From Candidatus Endobugula sertula (GTDB lineage: Bacteria > Pseudomonadota > Gammaproteobacteria > Pseudomonadales > Cellvibrionaceae), in NCBI GenBank assembly GCA_001723645.1, contig MDLC01000015.1:1-57238 (forward strand): DNA of 57,238 nt, read 5' to 3'. The notes beneath the pieces were generated by a model. That model was not told the origin of the DNA and made no database searches. It saw only the letters and a program-made list of their open reading frames with translations. Every line of letters begins with the position of its first letter. Position 1 is the stretch's first letter. Shown piece after piece: positions 43,138 through 52,138 of the stretch. The translations under genes were made by a program, and so were the position numbers.

Positions 43138-44373
43138 TTATGTTCTCCGTGTTTTATAGGTGAGTAATGGTTTAAAGGTTGCAACGATATCAACCATACC
43201 GGCTTCCGCTAAGTCGCTCACCACCTGACTAATATTTTTGTAGGCTTGTGGGGCCTCTTCATAAAGTAGATCTCTTTGCTTACAAATAACACGGCTACCT
43301 AGTGAAGTTTTCTCTAAGTCTTTTACCTTAAAACGCTTTTCTAAGCGGCCTCGAGCATCACTGCGTTTCCATTTTCGGCCTGCACCATGTGCTAGAGAAA
43401 AACCTCCAAGAGCCAATGCACTTAGCTCATTAACTCTAGGTTTAACAAGATAACTTAAACTACCTCGAGATCCAGGTATCATTACTAAGCCCTTATTCGT
43501 TGGGCTTGCACCTTTACGGTGTATCCAATAACGTCTTTCTGAATCGATGTCTGACTTTGCGGCTGATTTTGCAGAAAGCCCCATTAGCTCAGTCTCAACA
43601 CTTGATAAAGCTTCAACCATATTGTGGGTGACATCGAACAAATAGCGTTGCTTTGTCTTTAACTGCTGACAAAAACGTTCTGCAATAAGTTCTCGATTTG
43701 CTTCAGCCCAACGGATAGCGTAATTGTGACGTTTTTGATACTGTTCATACTGATATTCATCTTGTATGGTTTCTAATGATTTTGAACCTAGGTTATCAAC
43801 ATGATCGCGAAGTATTTTTTGCCCTAAACCTCTAGAGCCGCTATGTACGAGTAAAAACACATGCTTTTTATCAATACCTAATCCATCAAATACATCACTA
43901 TCAATAATCTCATGAATCTGTTGCAATTCAGCAAAGTGATTATCGCCACCTATTGTTCCTAACTTGTGATGCTCTGTTAATGAAAAATCACCTTCAATTA
44001 TTAGACTGCGATCGCCCAACCATTCTTCCCTATTGCCATTCCATAGTTCATCAAGCCCAACAAGTTGTTTTTCCCATTTGTCTAATTTGACCTTTCTGGT
44101 CGGAATATCTAATTGCCATAAACCCATGCCACAACCAATATCACTACCCACCATATGGGGGTAGATACAGTTTTCCGTTACAAAAGCGGCGCCAATGGGT
44201 TGCCCTTTTCCTGGGTGTAGATCTGGCATACCAATACCGATACGCATACCCGGTAATTCCATTGTTTTTTTCAGCTGCGTAATGGCAGCGTCTTCTAACC
44301 AATTTTTGTCAGAGCTAATAATGCTCGTTCGACGATCCTCAGCTGTTTCGATATTTTTAAATAAAGTACTCAT
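43138..44373 (-). CDS. rtcB: RtcB-family RNA 3'-phosphate/cyclase-product ligase (RtcB2-type, paired with PrfH)
   Basis: 411 aa with RtcB motifs (metal-binding His, GSRG, HGAGR). Confidence 0.9.
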   Translation of the reverse strand: MSTLFKNIETAEDRRTSIISSDKNWLEDAAITQLKKTMELPGMRIGIGMPDLHPGKGQPIGAAFVTENCIYPHMVGSDIGCGMGLWQLDIPTRKVKLDKWEKQLVGLDELWNGNREEWLGDRSLIIEGDFSLTEHHKLGTIGGDNHFAELQQIHEIIDSDVFDGLGIDKKHVFLLVHSGSRGLGQKILRDHVDNLGSKSLETIQDEYQYEQYQKRHNYAIRWAEANRELIAERFCQQLKTKQRYLFDVTHNMVEALSSVETELMGLSAKSAAKSDIDSERRYWIHRKGASPTNKGLVMIPGSRGSLSYLVKPRVNELSALALGGFSLAHGAGRKWKRSDARGRLEKRFKVKDLEKTSLGSRVICKQRDLLYEEAPQAYKNISQVVSDLAEAGMVDIVATFKPLLTYKTRRT

Positions 44374-44506
44374 ACAATTTACTTGTTCTATTTTTTCCTA
44401 TATGTCATCTTTCGGCGCAAGTTCGCCCCTCCTGAATCATACATTCAAGTTAAAAAATGACAGGCAATAAGTCTTAACAGTTAATAGCGGTGCAAGGATG
44501 CGCCGC

Positions 44507-44611
44507 CACTGGTCGACAGACCAGTGCGAACCCCTTAAAAACAAGGAGCTTCACATAGCTTCGCCAGTTTTTAAGGGGTGACAGTTAAATAGGTTAGGAT
44601 GACCTATTTAA
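44507..44611. promoter_or_regulatory. Cluster of three perfect hairpins/palindromes in the leader upstream of rtcB-prfH
   Basis: CACTGGTC-GACA-GACCAGTG (44507-44526). CCCCTTAAAAAC...GTTTTTAAGGGG (44531-44578) enclosing a nested AAGCT/AGCTT hairpin. TTAAATAGG-N9-CCTATTTAA (44585-44611). Confidence 0.4.
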
Positions 44612-44725
44612 CTATATAATTAGTAACTGCAATAAATTTTAAATATGCAAAGCTAAACTAAAGCTTCAATAAAGAGCCAGAGATTAAAAATGTTTGTCTG
44701 AATGGATATAGCAGTAAGAAAAAAT

Positions 44726-44938
44726 TTAGCTATAAGAAGCTTGGCGCCCGCCTTCCGGTACCTTTGTTCGCATTTTATGGACTTGTGAATAAGCATATCC
44801 CTTAAATTTCGCCCAGCAGCCTTTATGCAAGAATAATTGTCTTTTCTCTCTTACCATTTCGCCAACCGCTGTACTGTATAAAACACAGTTTCGAGGTACA
44901 AATAAAGAATCGATAATATATTGTGTTTTACTACCCAT
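44726..44938 (-). CDS. Hypothetical protein (70 aa)
   Basis: ORF. Confidence 0.25.
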   Translation of the reverse strand: MGSKTQYIIDSLFVPRNCVLYSTAVGEMVREKRQLFLHKGCWAKFKGYAYSQVHKMRTKVPEGGRQASYS

Positions 44939-44978
44939 TGTCTTTCATCCTGTTGAGTACTATTCCTCTAAAGTCTTT

Positions 44979-46241
44979 CTATTGAGGAGCTATCTTATAC
45001 TGTGCCATATACCGCTTAATACTACCCAAACGTAACCGACGAATTTTCTCTGCTAATTTAAGGCCTTCATAGCCTTCACTTAGTAATGGCTTGATATTGG
45101 TATCTATAGCAACCTGGTTGTATTCGATTAACAATTGAGATTGAGGGTAATCTCTTTGCTCTAATCCTAAACGACCCCTAGCATCCGCTTCACAGGCTTG
45201 CGCAAAGTAACGTACACGTTCTGGTCGCCTGAACCCATCTAGTGCTTCCAATAGCTTTAATACCGATTTGGGACGCATTTCTAATAACTTATGACAACGT
45301 AAATGATGCTCTGACACTAGTTTTGCCAAGGTGCGAAAGTCTTTCGGTACTTTATAACACTCACATACTTTCTCAACTAAAGGTACACCTTTAATTTCAT
45401 GGCGAATATGACGAGGCCACTCTTCTTCAGGGGTAAGACCTTTACCCAAATCATGCATTAGTGCAGCCCAGGTCACGATTAGATCATCAAAACGCTCTCT
45501 GGCAATGTCCACGACCATCATCACATGATCACCCGTATCCACTTCTGGGTGATGCTGTGGGGGTTGCGGAACACCAAATAAACAGTCTAATTCTGGCATT
45601 AAAACCTCCAATGCACCACAGGCACGGAGCACTCGGAAAAACTCACTGGGCCGAGGCTCGGTTAATGCTCGAGACATTTCCTTCCAAACACGTTCCGGTG
45701 TTAATTCAGCAAGCTCGCCATTGTTAACCAAGTGCTTCATTAATTCTAATGTATTGGGATGCACTTGAAAATCTAACGTGGCATAACGTGCAGCAAAACG
45801 GGCTACTCTTAATACTCTCAATGGGTCATCAGAGAATGATTCTGAAACATGTCGTAAGACTTTATTATTTAAATCGGCTCTACCGTTAAACGGATCAACA
45901 TATTTACCTTCTAATGTCAGCGCAATGGCATTAATCGTAAGGTCTCTCCGAGATAGATCTTCTTCAAGTGTAACCTCGGGGCTAAAATCACAAACAAAGC
46001 CAGTGTGCCCCTTACCTGATTTTCTTTCAGTACGAGCGAGAGCATATTCATCCTTAGTTTCTGGGTGTAAAAAACAGGGAAAGTCGTTACCTATTTGTTG
46101 ATAGCCTTGCTCTATAAGCATTTCTGGAGTCGCACCGATGACTACCCAGTCATGATCTGCAACTGGGCGACCTAATAGCTTATCGCGTACCGCTCCACCG
46201 ACTAAATAAGCCTGAACACCAGTATTCTGTATATTTTCCAT
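44979..46241 (-). CDS. cca: Multifunctional CCA-adding enzyme (tRNA nucleotidyltransferase with HD phosphohydrolase domain)
   Basis: GGAVRD nucleotidyltransferase motif. The HD domain (HDLGKG) is typical of enteric-type Cca. Confidence 0.9.
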   Translation of the reverse strand: MENIQNTGVQAYLVGGAVRDKLLGRPVADHDWVVIGATPEMLIEQGYQQIGNDFPCFLHPETKDEYALARTERKSGKGHTGFVCDFSPEVTLEEDLSRRDLTINAIALTLEGKYVDPFNGRADLNNKVLRHVSESFSDDPLRVLRVARFAARYATLDFQVHPNTLELMKHLVNNGELAELTPERVWKEMSRALTEPRPSEFFRVLRACGALEVLMPELDCLFGVPQPPQHHPEVDTGDHVMMVVDIARERFDDLIVTWAALMHDLGKGLTPEEEWPRHIRHEIKGVPLVEKVCECYKVPKDFRTLAKLVSEHHLRCHKLLEMRPKSVLKLLEALDGFRRPERVRYFAQACEADARGRLGLEQRDYPQSQLLIEYNQVAIDTNIKPLLSEGYEGLKLAEKIRRLRLGSIKRYMAQYKIAPQ

Positions 46242-46987
46242 TATATTGTTACGACTAAGTTCTCATTAAAGTTTGGGTTATAGCTATCTGGATAACCTCT
46301 TGGATTACAAATAATACGGCAGTTACCTATGGAGTAATCATAACTTTGGTGCAAATGACCGTGAATCCAAAGATTTGGACTGTACTCCAAAATAAAATCA
46401 TCTAAATCAGATACATAGGCAGCGCTCGTCATATCGCTTGCCTTTTTCTCTGAAAGAGACATTCTACTAGGGCCGTGGTGACTTATAACAACATTTTTAT
46501 ACCCTTTATAAGTGGTTAGTTCACGTTCAAGCCAATGAAGTGAATGTTTATGGATAATAGCCGTATCTATCGACCTTAATTTTGAGTACTTGGGAGAAAC
46601 TCGAATCTTCTTGTAGTCATTCATTATCTGTTGACAGTGAAAACCTGCAATCCGAGGATCGCCAAAAAGCTCAAAATCTGTCCATAATGTACAGCCAAAG
46701 AAATTAATATTACCTAAAGTAACCAACTCTTTTTCTAAAATATGAATGTTTGTGTCTTTAGCCATCGCTTTCATTTCATGAATATATTTCGGATACGCTT
46801 TACCGTAAAATTCATGGTTGCCTAGTACATATAAGACGGGTTTATCAGGTATATTTTTTAATGCCCACTCTATTCCTTTTCCTTTTACATGGATATCACC
46901 AGCAAGAATGACAATGTCACACTCCGGCAAGGTTAGTTCCAAATTAGCAAACTCTATATGTAGATCACTTAATATTAATAACTTCAC
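46241..46987 (-). CDS. Calcineurin-like metallophosphoesterase
   Basis: DLH...GDIH...GNHEF metallophosphoesterase motifs. Its stop abuts the cca start. Confidence 0.75.
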   Translation of the reverse strand: MKLLILSDLHIEFANLELTLPECDIVILAGDIHVKGKGIEWALKNIPDKPVLYVLGNHEFYGKAYPKYIHEMKAMAKDTNIHILEKELVTLGNINFFGCTLWTDFELFGDPRIAGFHCQQIMNDYKKIRVSPKYSKLRSIDTAIIHKHSLHWLERELTTYKGYKNVVISHHGPSRMSLSEKKASDMTSAAYVSDLDDFILEYSPNLWIHGHLHQSYDYSIGNCRIICNPRGYPDSYNPNFNENLVVTI

Positions 46988-47052
46988 GTTATACTTCTGA
47001 TAGTTTTTTCATATGTAAAGGGTAAAACCGCCAGCAAGCTGACGGTTATCGG

Positions 47053-48207
47053 TTAAGCCTTTTTAGGGGCTAGAGTTACAAGCTCGTTAAGCACACCGCC
47101 TAAACCACCGTAAACAGAAATCTTATCGATTTGACCGGTAATTTTTTCGAGTGCTTCTAACTCTTTCAAGCGAAGCAATACTGGATTATTTTCCATCATC
47201 TTAGCAGTATTATGTAACGAACGCATAGCTTGAGTTTCCTCGCGGCGTTTGATCAAGTTAGCTTCAGCTTCTTTTTGTGCTTCAACCACTTGATTCAAGA
47301 TTTGCTTCATATCACCCGGCAAGATAATGTCTTTAACACCAACATTGACCAGCTCAATACCATAGTTAGCTAATTTTTCGCGAGTCGCTTGGGTAATCAC
47401 TGTGTTAAGTGTATCTTTATCTTCCAACAAAGTATCCAGTGATTGTGTACCCACCGCTTCACGCAGGCTTAACTGCAGCTCGCGATAGATAAAACCAGCA
47501 TAATCATTCACTTTTAAAGCGACGATTTCTGGATCTTTCACTTTATAGCTAGCGCTTAAGTTAATACGCAGGCTCACACGATCCTTTGTTAAAATTTTTT
47601 GACCACTTACCTCAACAGCTTGTAAGCGTAGATCTAATAGCTTAACACCAACAGAACGATTGTATTTCCAGAAGCCATAATTTCCAGGCTTTAAAATACT
47701 CTCGAGCTTACCATTAACGTTTAGAAGGCCGACGTGTTCATCTGGCACTTCTGCGTAAAGAATGGCATTAACTACTTCTCGGCTTTGACCTACTGTTAGG
47801 CCTCGACCTAGTAGATTAATCAACGACTTATCGATTTGGTAGTTCTCACTGATATCAATAATATCAACACGAACATCCTCTACATTTTTCCAAACGGTTA
47901 AAACAGAACCTGGTGCGAGCACACTAGCCAGCTTGTTATCTCGATACAGCAAACCGACTTCAGAGTCTTTAAGGTTAAACTGTTCAAGATAAGGTGCTAA
48001 TTTATCTGCATATTGAGTCATTAGGAACTGTGCTTTACGGTTCTTAAATAACACGTCGGTAATGTCATGAACGTCTACTGCCACTCGGCCTTGTGGGGTC
48101 GATACTCGGTGTCGACCTGGACCTAGTACACGTTTAAATTGATCACGCACATACAATAGAGCACGTTGATGATCAGCAATATCAATTGTCTTCCAGAAAA
48201 TCATCAT
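47053..48207 (-). CDS. SPFH / band-7 domain protein
   Basis: 384 aa with an SPFH-like core followed by a coiled-coil. Confidence 0.65.
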   Translation of the reverse strand: MMIFWKTIDIADHQRALLYVRDQFKRVLGPGRHRVSTPQGRVAVDVHDITDVLFKNRKAQFLMTQYADKLAPYLEQFNLKDSEVGLLYRDNKLASVLAPGSVLTVWKNVEDVRVDIIDISENYQIDKSLINLLGRGLTVGQSREVVNAILYAEVPDEHVGLLNVNGKLESILKPGNYGFWKYNRSVGVKLLDLRLQAVEVSGQKILTKDRVSLRINLSASYKVKDPEIVALKVNDYAGFIYRELQLSLREAVGTQSLDTLLEDKDTLNTVITQATREKLANYGIELVNVGVKDIILPGDMKQILNQVVEAQKEAEANLIKRREETQAMRSLHNTAKMMENNPVLLRLKELEALEKITGQIDKISVYGGLGGVLNELVTLAPKKA

Positions 48208-48490
48208 TTTCTCCTTATAGCTGGCATCATAAAGATGCCTTTTATGAATAGGCGAGGCCCACTTGGTTTTAACGCGGTCGATAATTTGAATAGCCTAGGT
48301 CACTTATCTCAGCGGCTTGTTGCGCGGTTATCTTCACCCTGAAGAACAACATCCGTGTATGCTTTCCTTAGCGAATAACCGTGGTTCAAGCATAAAATAA
48401 TGACGTAAACGATTAACCCATCATCAACGGTATTAAAACCATTGCTAGCTAATCTATAGAAGCCTTAACCAGCAGTGAGCCTCTAGTGTT

Positions 48491-48541
48491 TTATTGGTAA
48501 CAAACCAAGGGGATTCGAACCCCAGACTTTCGTCTTACCCA
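48491..48541 (-). other. tRNA 3'-half fragment (T-arm GGGGTTCGAATCCCC plus acceptor strand, no 5' half)
   Basis: A canonical T-arm lies directly downstream of the intact tRNA-Met. No D or anticodon arm is present. Confidence 0.3.
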
Positions 48542-48618
48542 TGGTGTTTTTGGCAGGATTCGAACCTGCTACCCATCGATTATGAATCGATTGCTCTACC
48601 CGTATGAGCTACAAAAAC
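48542..48618 (-). tRNA. tRNA-Met (anticodon CAT; could be elongator Met or Ile2), AU-rich acceptor stem GUUUUUG/CAAAAAC, CCA encoded
   Basis: Hand-folded cloverleaf: D stem GCTC/GAGC, anticodon stem ATCGA/TCGAT with loop TTCATAA, T-arm GCAGG-TTCGAAT-CCTGC. Confidence 0.75.
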
Positions 48619-48984
48619 CTATGCGTTGGAGGCATAGTTGTTTAGCGGGCTAGCGAATCGGTACACAGGACATTAAAAATGGCTGTGCCAGCCTGGCATA
48701 CGGAACCAGAGACACTGTTTCGTTAACTTGCGCATAAACATCGGTATGGAGTTAGACGCCAAAAAAGCGCCAAACTCCAAATACTTATCATCGAATATCG
48801 GAAACAACACTAAGGTGTTTGCCTTTTTCCTTATCGTACTCGGCAATTTCCATTTCTCCGTCAATTGGCGCTATTGTTACCAAATGATCAATTCGTGAAT
48901 ACATCTCTCCATGGTAGGCTTTTAGCTCGCCTTTTCCATTTTCATATCCTCATTGCTTATGAACTAAAGCCAATACAGTTTGGT

Positions 48985-49536
48985 TTAGCCACTCTTCCAT
49001 TTTCGTTGACTAGAAAATTGTTTAGTCAGATAGTCCATTTGATCGGCAATAATATGCCGATTAGTTAAATACAAATATTCAAAAGGATTCGGCGTAAACG
49101 GAACCGCTAATAAAAGCATATTTGCTTGTTCCGGTGTACGATTGCCTTTTGCATGATTGCAGCGCTTGCAGGCGGCCACGACATTTGTCCAACTATCGGC
49201 TCCACCTTGAGCACGCGGTACCACATGGTCACGGGTTAGTTCCTGTGCAAAAAATATTTGGCCGCAATATAAGCACACATAATTATCTCGACGAAATAAC
49301 ATAGCATTGCTAAATGAACGGACCTTCATACTTTTTCCGTGACCTTTAGTCGCAATCACTGGAGAAATATCAAGCATAGAACGTTCGCCATCGCGGTTGT
49401 AACCGCCCCGCATTAAGGCACCTTGTTCACCCATTTCCCACAGCACAAGTTTTTTGCTGTAAAGGGTTGTAGCAGCCTCCACTAATAGCCAATGCATCGG
49501 CATACCAGAGGGATTTAGGCGTAGTACTTTTTTCAT
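48985..49536 (-). CDS. HNH endonuclease
   Basis: HNH motif (DHVVPRAQGG...NVVAACKRCNHAKGN) plus a CxxC pair. Confidence 0.75.
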   Translation of the reverse strand: MKKVLRLNPSGMPMHWLLVEAATTLYSKKLVLWEMGEQGALMRGGYNRDGERSMLDISPVIATKGHGKSMKVRSFSNAMLFRRDNYVCLYCGQIFFAQELTRDHVVPRAQGGADSWTNVVAACKRCNHAKGNRTPEQANMLLLAVPFTPNPFEYLYLTNRHIIADQMDYLTKQFSSQRKWKSG

Positions 49537-49578
49537 TACCTTGCGCCAAAAAATAAATCCATATGTGAATACACCAGC

Positions 49579-49875
49579 CTAATAGTATTTAATAAAGTTC
49601 ATACCATCAGCCGAGCGATAACCATTTGTTTCTAACAAATGGATCATCGCTTGTCGTTTTTGTAATTGCCTTTCTGTAACAACTACATAAAGCGGCATCA
49701 ATTGTTGATGGAGTGCCCATGTCAACAATTGGTGCCCATTTTCGCGACCAACTAAATAGTGATCCACATATAGCTGGGTTACACTATTTTTAAGCAATTG
49801 CTTTTTTGCTTTTCTTGCATCGTCACAGAAAACATCTGCGAAACGGTTTTGATTTTTGCTAACAGATAAACGCAT
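49579..49875 (-). CDS. Hypothetical protein (98 aa)
   Basis: ORF. Confidence 0.3.
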   Translation of the reverse strand: MRLSVSKNQNRFADVFCDDARKAKKQLLKNSVTQLYVDHYLVGRENGHQLLTWALHQQLMPLYVVVTERQLQKRQAMIHLLETNGYRSADGMNFIKYY

Positions 49876-49908
49876 AATCCCTCCTGTGAGCTAGTGAGAA
49901 TATTTAGG

Positions 49909-49980
49909 GGTGACCGATGGGACTCGAACCCATATATACTTGAGCCACATTCAAGCGCATTACCGATCTGCCACGGCCAC
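49909..49980 (-). tRNA. tRNA-His (GTG), 3' CCA not encoded
   Basis: Anticodon stem CTTGA/TCAAG with loop ATGTGGC. T-arm ATGGG-TTCGAGT-CCCAT. Ends ...GGTCACC-C-CT. Confidence 0.7.
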
Positions 49981-50011
49981 ACCTAAATATTCTGGGTAAT
50001 AAGAAATAATT

Positions 50012-50086
50012 TGGTCCGCCCGGTAGGATTTGAACCCACACCTGTCGGCTTAAAAGGCCGATGCGCTACCATTACGCCACGAACGG
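50012..50086 (-). tRNA. tRNA-Lys (TTT)
   Basis: Anticodon stem TCGGC/GCCGA, loop CTTTTAA, T-loop TTCAAAT, CCA encoded. Confidence 0.8.
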
Positions 50087-50091
50087 AAAAT

Positions 50092-50170
50092 TGGCACCTG
50101 ACACAGGACTCGAACCTGCATCTCCCCGCTTCGTAGGCGGGTGCTCTAAATCCAATTGAGCTAATCAGGC
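50092..50170 (-). tRNA. tRNA-Arg (ACG)
   Basis: Anticodon stem CCCGC/GCGGG, loop CTACGAA, T-loop TTCGAGT, CCA encoded. Acceptor stem has two G-U pairs. Confidence 0.7.
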
Positions 50171-50176
50171 AAAATT

Positions 50177-50250
50177 TGGAGCCCAATACAGGACTCGAAC
50201 CTGTCTCTACTGCTTACAAGGCAGTTGCACAGCCGCTATGCCAATCGGGC
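50177..50250 (-). tRNA. tRNA-Thr (TGT)
   Basis: Anticodon stem ACTGC/GCAGT, loop CTTGTAA, T-arm ACAGG-TTCGAGT-CCTGT, CCA encoded. Confidence 0.8.
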
Positions 50251-50290
50251 AAGTTAAGAAATTTTGTGAAATAAAAGACTGGAATCCTTT

Positions 50291-51487
50291 CTAGCCTTTT
50301 ACGTTGACGATTTGACGAAGCGTATGAACAACGTCAACAAGATCAGTTTGGTTATCCATAACATCATCAATTGGCTTATACGCCATGGGAATCTCATCGA
50401 TTACACCTTTGTCTTTACGGCATTCAATCCCCTCTGTTGCAGATACAAGATCACTTACAGAATAGGTTTTTGCAGCCGCAGTTCGACTTAGGCGACGTCC
50501 AGCGCCGTGAGAGCAAGAACAGAACGATTCTGATTCACCTTTACCACGAACAATAAAACTTTTATCGCCCATAGACCCAGGAATAATACCCAAATCATCT
50601 TTTCTTGCGCGGATAGCGCCTTTACGTGTAACCCATACGTTTTTACCAAAATGGTTTTCCTTTTCCACATAGTTATGATGACAATTGATGGCTTCTTGAG
50701 TGACCGCAAACGCTGGAAGATGTTTACGTAGCTCCATCATCACTGCATTCATCATATGTGTACGATTCAATGCAGCATAATCTTGCCCCCAAGATACTGC
50801 TTCGATGTAATCATCGTAATATTCTGATCCTTCAGATAGATAAGCCAAATCTTTATCGGGCAAATGGATCATCCATTTTTCCATTTCACGTTTCGCGATC
50901 TCGATAAAATGCATTCCAATTTTATTACCGATACCACGGCTTCCTGAATGCAGCATAATCCATACGTCTTGATTTTCATCCAAACACAACTCGATAAAGT
51001 GATTCCCTGAACCTAGCGTACCTAACTGCTTTGCAAAGGCATCATACTTAATACGTTTACTTATTTGAGGATGCTTCTCGAAGATAGTACTTAAACGCAT
51101 TGAAATATCATGGCCACCTGCAATTTTAGGGTCACGATGTTTTCCGCCTGCCCCCAAAGGCACAACAGATTCAATACGACTGCGAATAGCTTTCAAATTA
51201 TCAGGCAGATCTTTTGCCTTTAGCGATAGACGCACGGCATTCATACCACAACCAATATCCACGCCTACTGCAGCAGGGATAATCGCTTTATCGGTCGCGA
51301 TTACTGAACCCACAGTCGCTCCTTTACCCAAATGAACATCTGGCATTGCTGCTACATGTTTATAGACAAAGGGTAAATTCGCTACTCGGCTTAATTGTGC
51401 CTGTGTGTTGTAATCAATATCATCTGTCCAGATTTTTACAGGCACACGCTGATCTTTATGCGTTGCCAATACTTTTTTAATGGTCAT
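50291..51487 (-). CDS. rtcB: RtcB-family RNA ligase (second copy), embedded in the tRNA array
   Basis: 398 aa with RtcB motifs (HLGKGATVGS, HSGSRGIGN, HGAGRR). Flanked 5' by 13 tRNA genes and 3' by 4 tRNA genes on the same strand. Confidence 0.9.
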   Translation of the reverse strand: MTIKKVLATHKDQRVPVKIWTDDIDYNTQAQLSRVANLPFVYKHVAAMPDVHLGKGATVGSVIATDKAIIPAAVGVDIGCGMNAVRLSLKAKDLPDNLKAIRSRIESVVPLGAGGKHRDPKIAGGHDISMRLSTIFEKHPQISKRIKYDAFAKQLGTLGSGNHFIELCLDENQDVWIMLHSGSRGIGNKIGMHFIEIAKREMEKWMIHLPDKDLAYLSEGSEYYDDYIEAVSWGQDYAALNRTHMMNAVMMELRKHLPAFAVTQEAINCHHNYVEKENHFGKNVWVTRKGAIRARKDDLGIIPGSMGDKSFIVRGKGESESFCSCSHGAGRRLSRTAAAKTYSVSDLVSATEGIECRKDKGVIDEIPMAYKPIDDVMDNQTDLVDVVHTLRQIVNVKG

Positions 51488-51517
51488 AATTGCCTCCTTT
51501 AGTTATTTTATAATGAC

Positions 51518-51658
51518 TGGTTGGAGGTATAGGAATAACCTAAGCGCGTCCTGCGCTTAGCCTTTCAGATGCAAAGCAGTTCAAAATGCTCCCGGCATTT
51601 TGTCGAACCCATCTCGCCGGGGCAAAAACCCGGTGCTCAGCCACTAAGCCAACCTCCA
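51518..51658 (-). tRNA. tRNA-like gene (anticodon loop TTTTTGC, anticodon UUU?) with a 74-nt T-loop in place of the usual 7 nt
   Basis: Perfect acceptor TGGAGGT/ACCTCCA, D-arm and anticodon arm CCGGG/CCCGG intact. T-stem ATGGG/CCTAT encloses TTCGACAAAATGCCGGGAGCATTTTGA...GGTTATT (+ strand 51534-51607). CCA encoded. Confidence 0.55.
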
Positions 51659-51668
51659 GTTAAGTAAT

Positions 51669-51818
51669 TGGAGCGATGTATGGGAATCGAACCCATTTCC
51701 TCTGCTTGGACTGCTTTGCAGGAGCAAAAGCAGGACATCATGTAGTGGTGGTTGCGAAGCAATTGTGTATAGGGATATACACAACAACGCAGGTACCTCA
51801 CCATTCGGTTAACATCGC
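51669..51818 (-). tRNA. tRNA gene with an 83-nt anticodon loop between stem halves CCTGC/GCAGA; identity unresolved (Gly-TCC, Ala or Thr possible; discriminator U)
   Basis: Acceptor GCGATGT/ACATCGC perfect. T-arm ATGGG-TTCGATT-CCCAT. Insert at + 51706-51788 contains an 8-bp hairpin TGTGTATA/TATACACA and the motif TTTTGCTCCTGCAAA. Confidence 0.5.
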
Positions 51819-51824
51819 ATAAAT

Positions 51825-51902
51825 TGGTCTGGGTGGTAGGGTTTGAACCTACGACCTTTGGGTTCCAAACCCAACACGCTAACCAAACTGCGCTACACCC
51901 AG
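51825..51902 (-). tRNA. tRNA-Pro (TGG)
   Basis: Acceptor CTGGGTG/CACCCAG. Anticodon stem TTGGG/CCCAA, loop TTTGGAA. T-arm GTAGG-TTCAAAC-CCTAC. CCA encoded. Confidence 0.8.
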
Positions 51903-51910
51903 AATAAATT

Positions 51911-52052
51911 TGGCGGTTCATACCACTTCCCATAAATAGAGAGGGAACCGGTGATCTCTCGGCTTATTCACATGAATGTAATGTATGCCGATTTTGCAGG
52001 AGCAAAAATCGGTGACAACCGAGCGCATTAAACCTGACTATGCTAATGAACC
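51911..52052 (-). tRNA. tRNA-Asp (GTC) with a 49-nt insertion immediately 3' of the anticodon loop and an expanded 24-nt T-loop
   Basis: Acceptor GGTTCAT/ATGAACC perfect. D stem GCAT/ATGC. Anticodon stem CTCGG...CCGAG encloses loop TTGTCAC followed by insert CGATTTTTGCTCCTGCAAAATCG... (+ 51963-52011). T-stem ATCAC/GTGGT. Discriminator G as expected for Asp. Confidence 0.55.
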
Positions 52053-52057
52053 TTAAT

Positions 52058-52133
52058 TGGTGGAGACCGTGGGAATCGAACCCACCACACAGTGCTTGCA
52101 AAGCATCGTCGCCCCCTTGATACATGGGCCCCC
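52058..52133 (-). tRNA. tRNA-Ala (TGC) with G3-U70 pair; irregular D-arm
   Basis: Anticodon loop TTTGCAA. T-arm GTGGG-TTCGATT-CCCAC. Acceptor GGGGGCC/GGTCTCC gives G3·U70. CCA encoded. Confidence 0.6.
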
Positions 52134-52138
52134 AATTT

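Noticed and set aside
51518-51658. Reading the anticodon of the first long-T-loop tRNA as UUG (Gln) or as an 8-nt-loop suppressor
   Set aside because: With the only 5-bp stem that pairs (CCGGG/CCCGG), the 7-nt loop is UUUUUGC, giving anticodon UUU with an unusual G37. Alternative registers break the stem. Left as uncertain rather than assigned.
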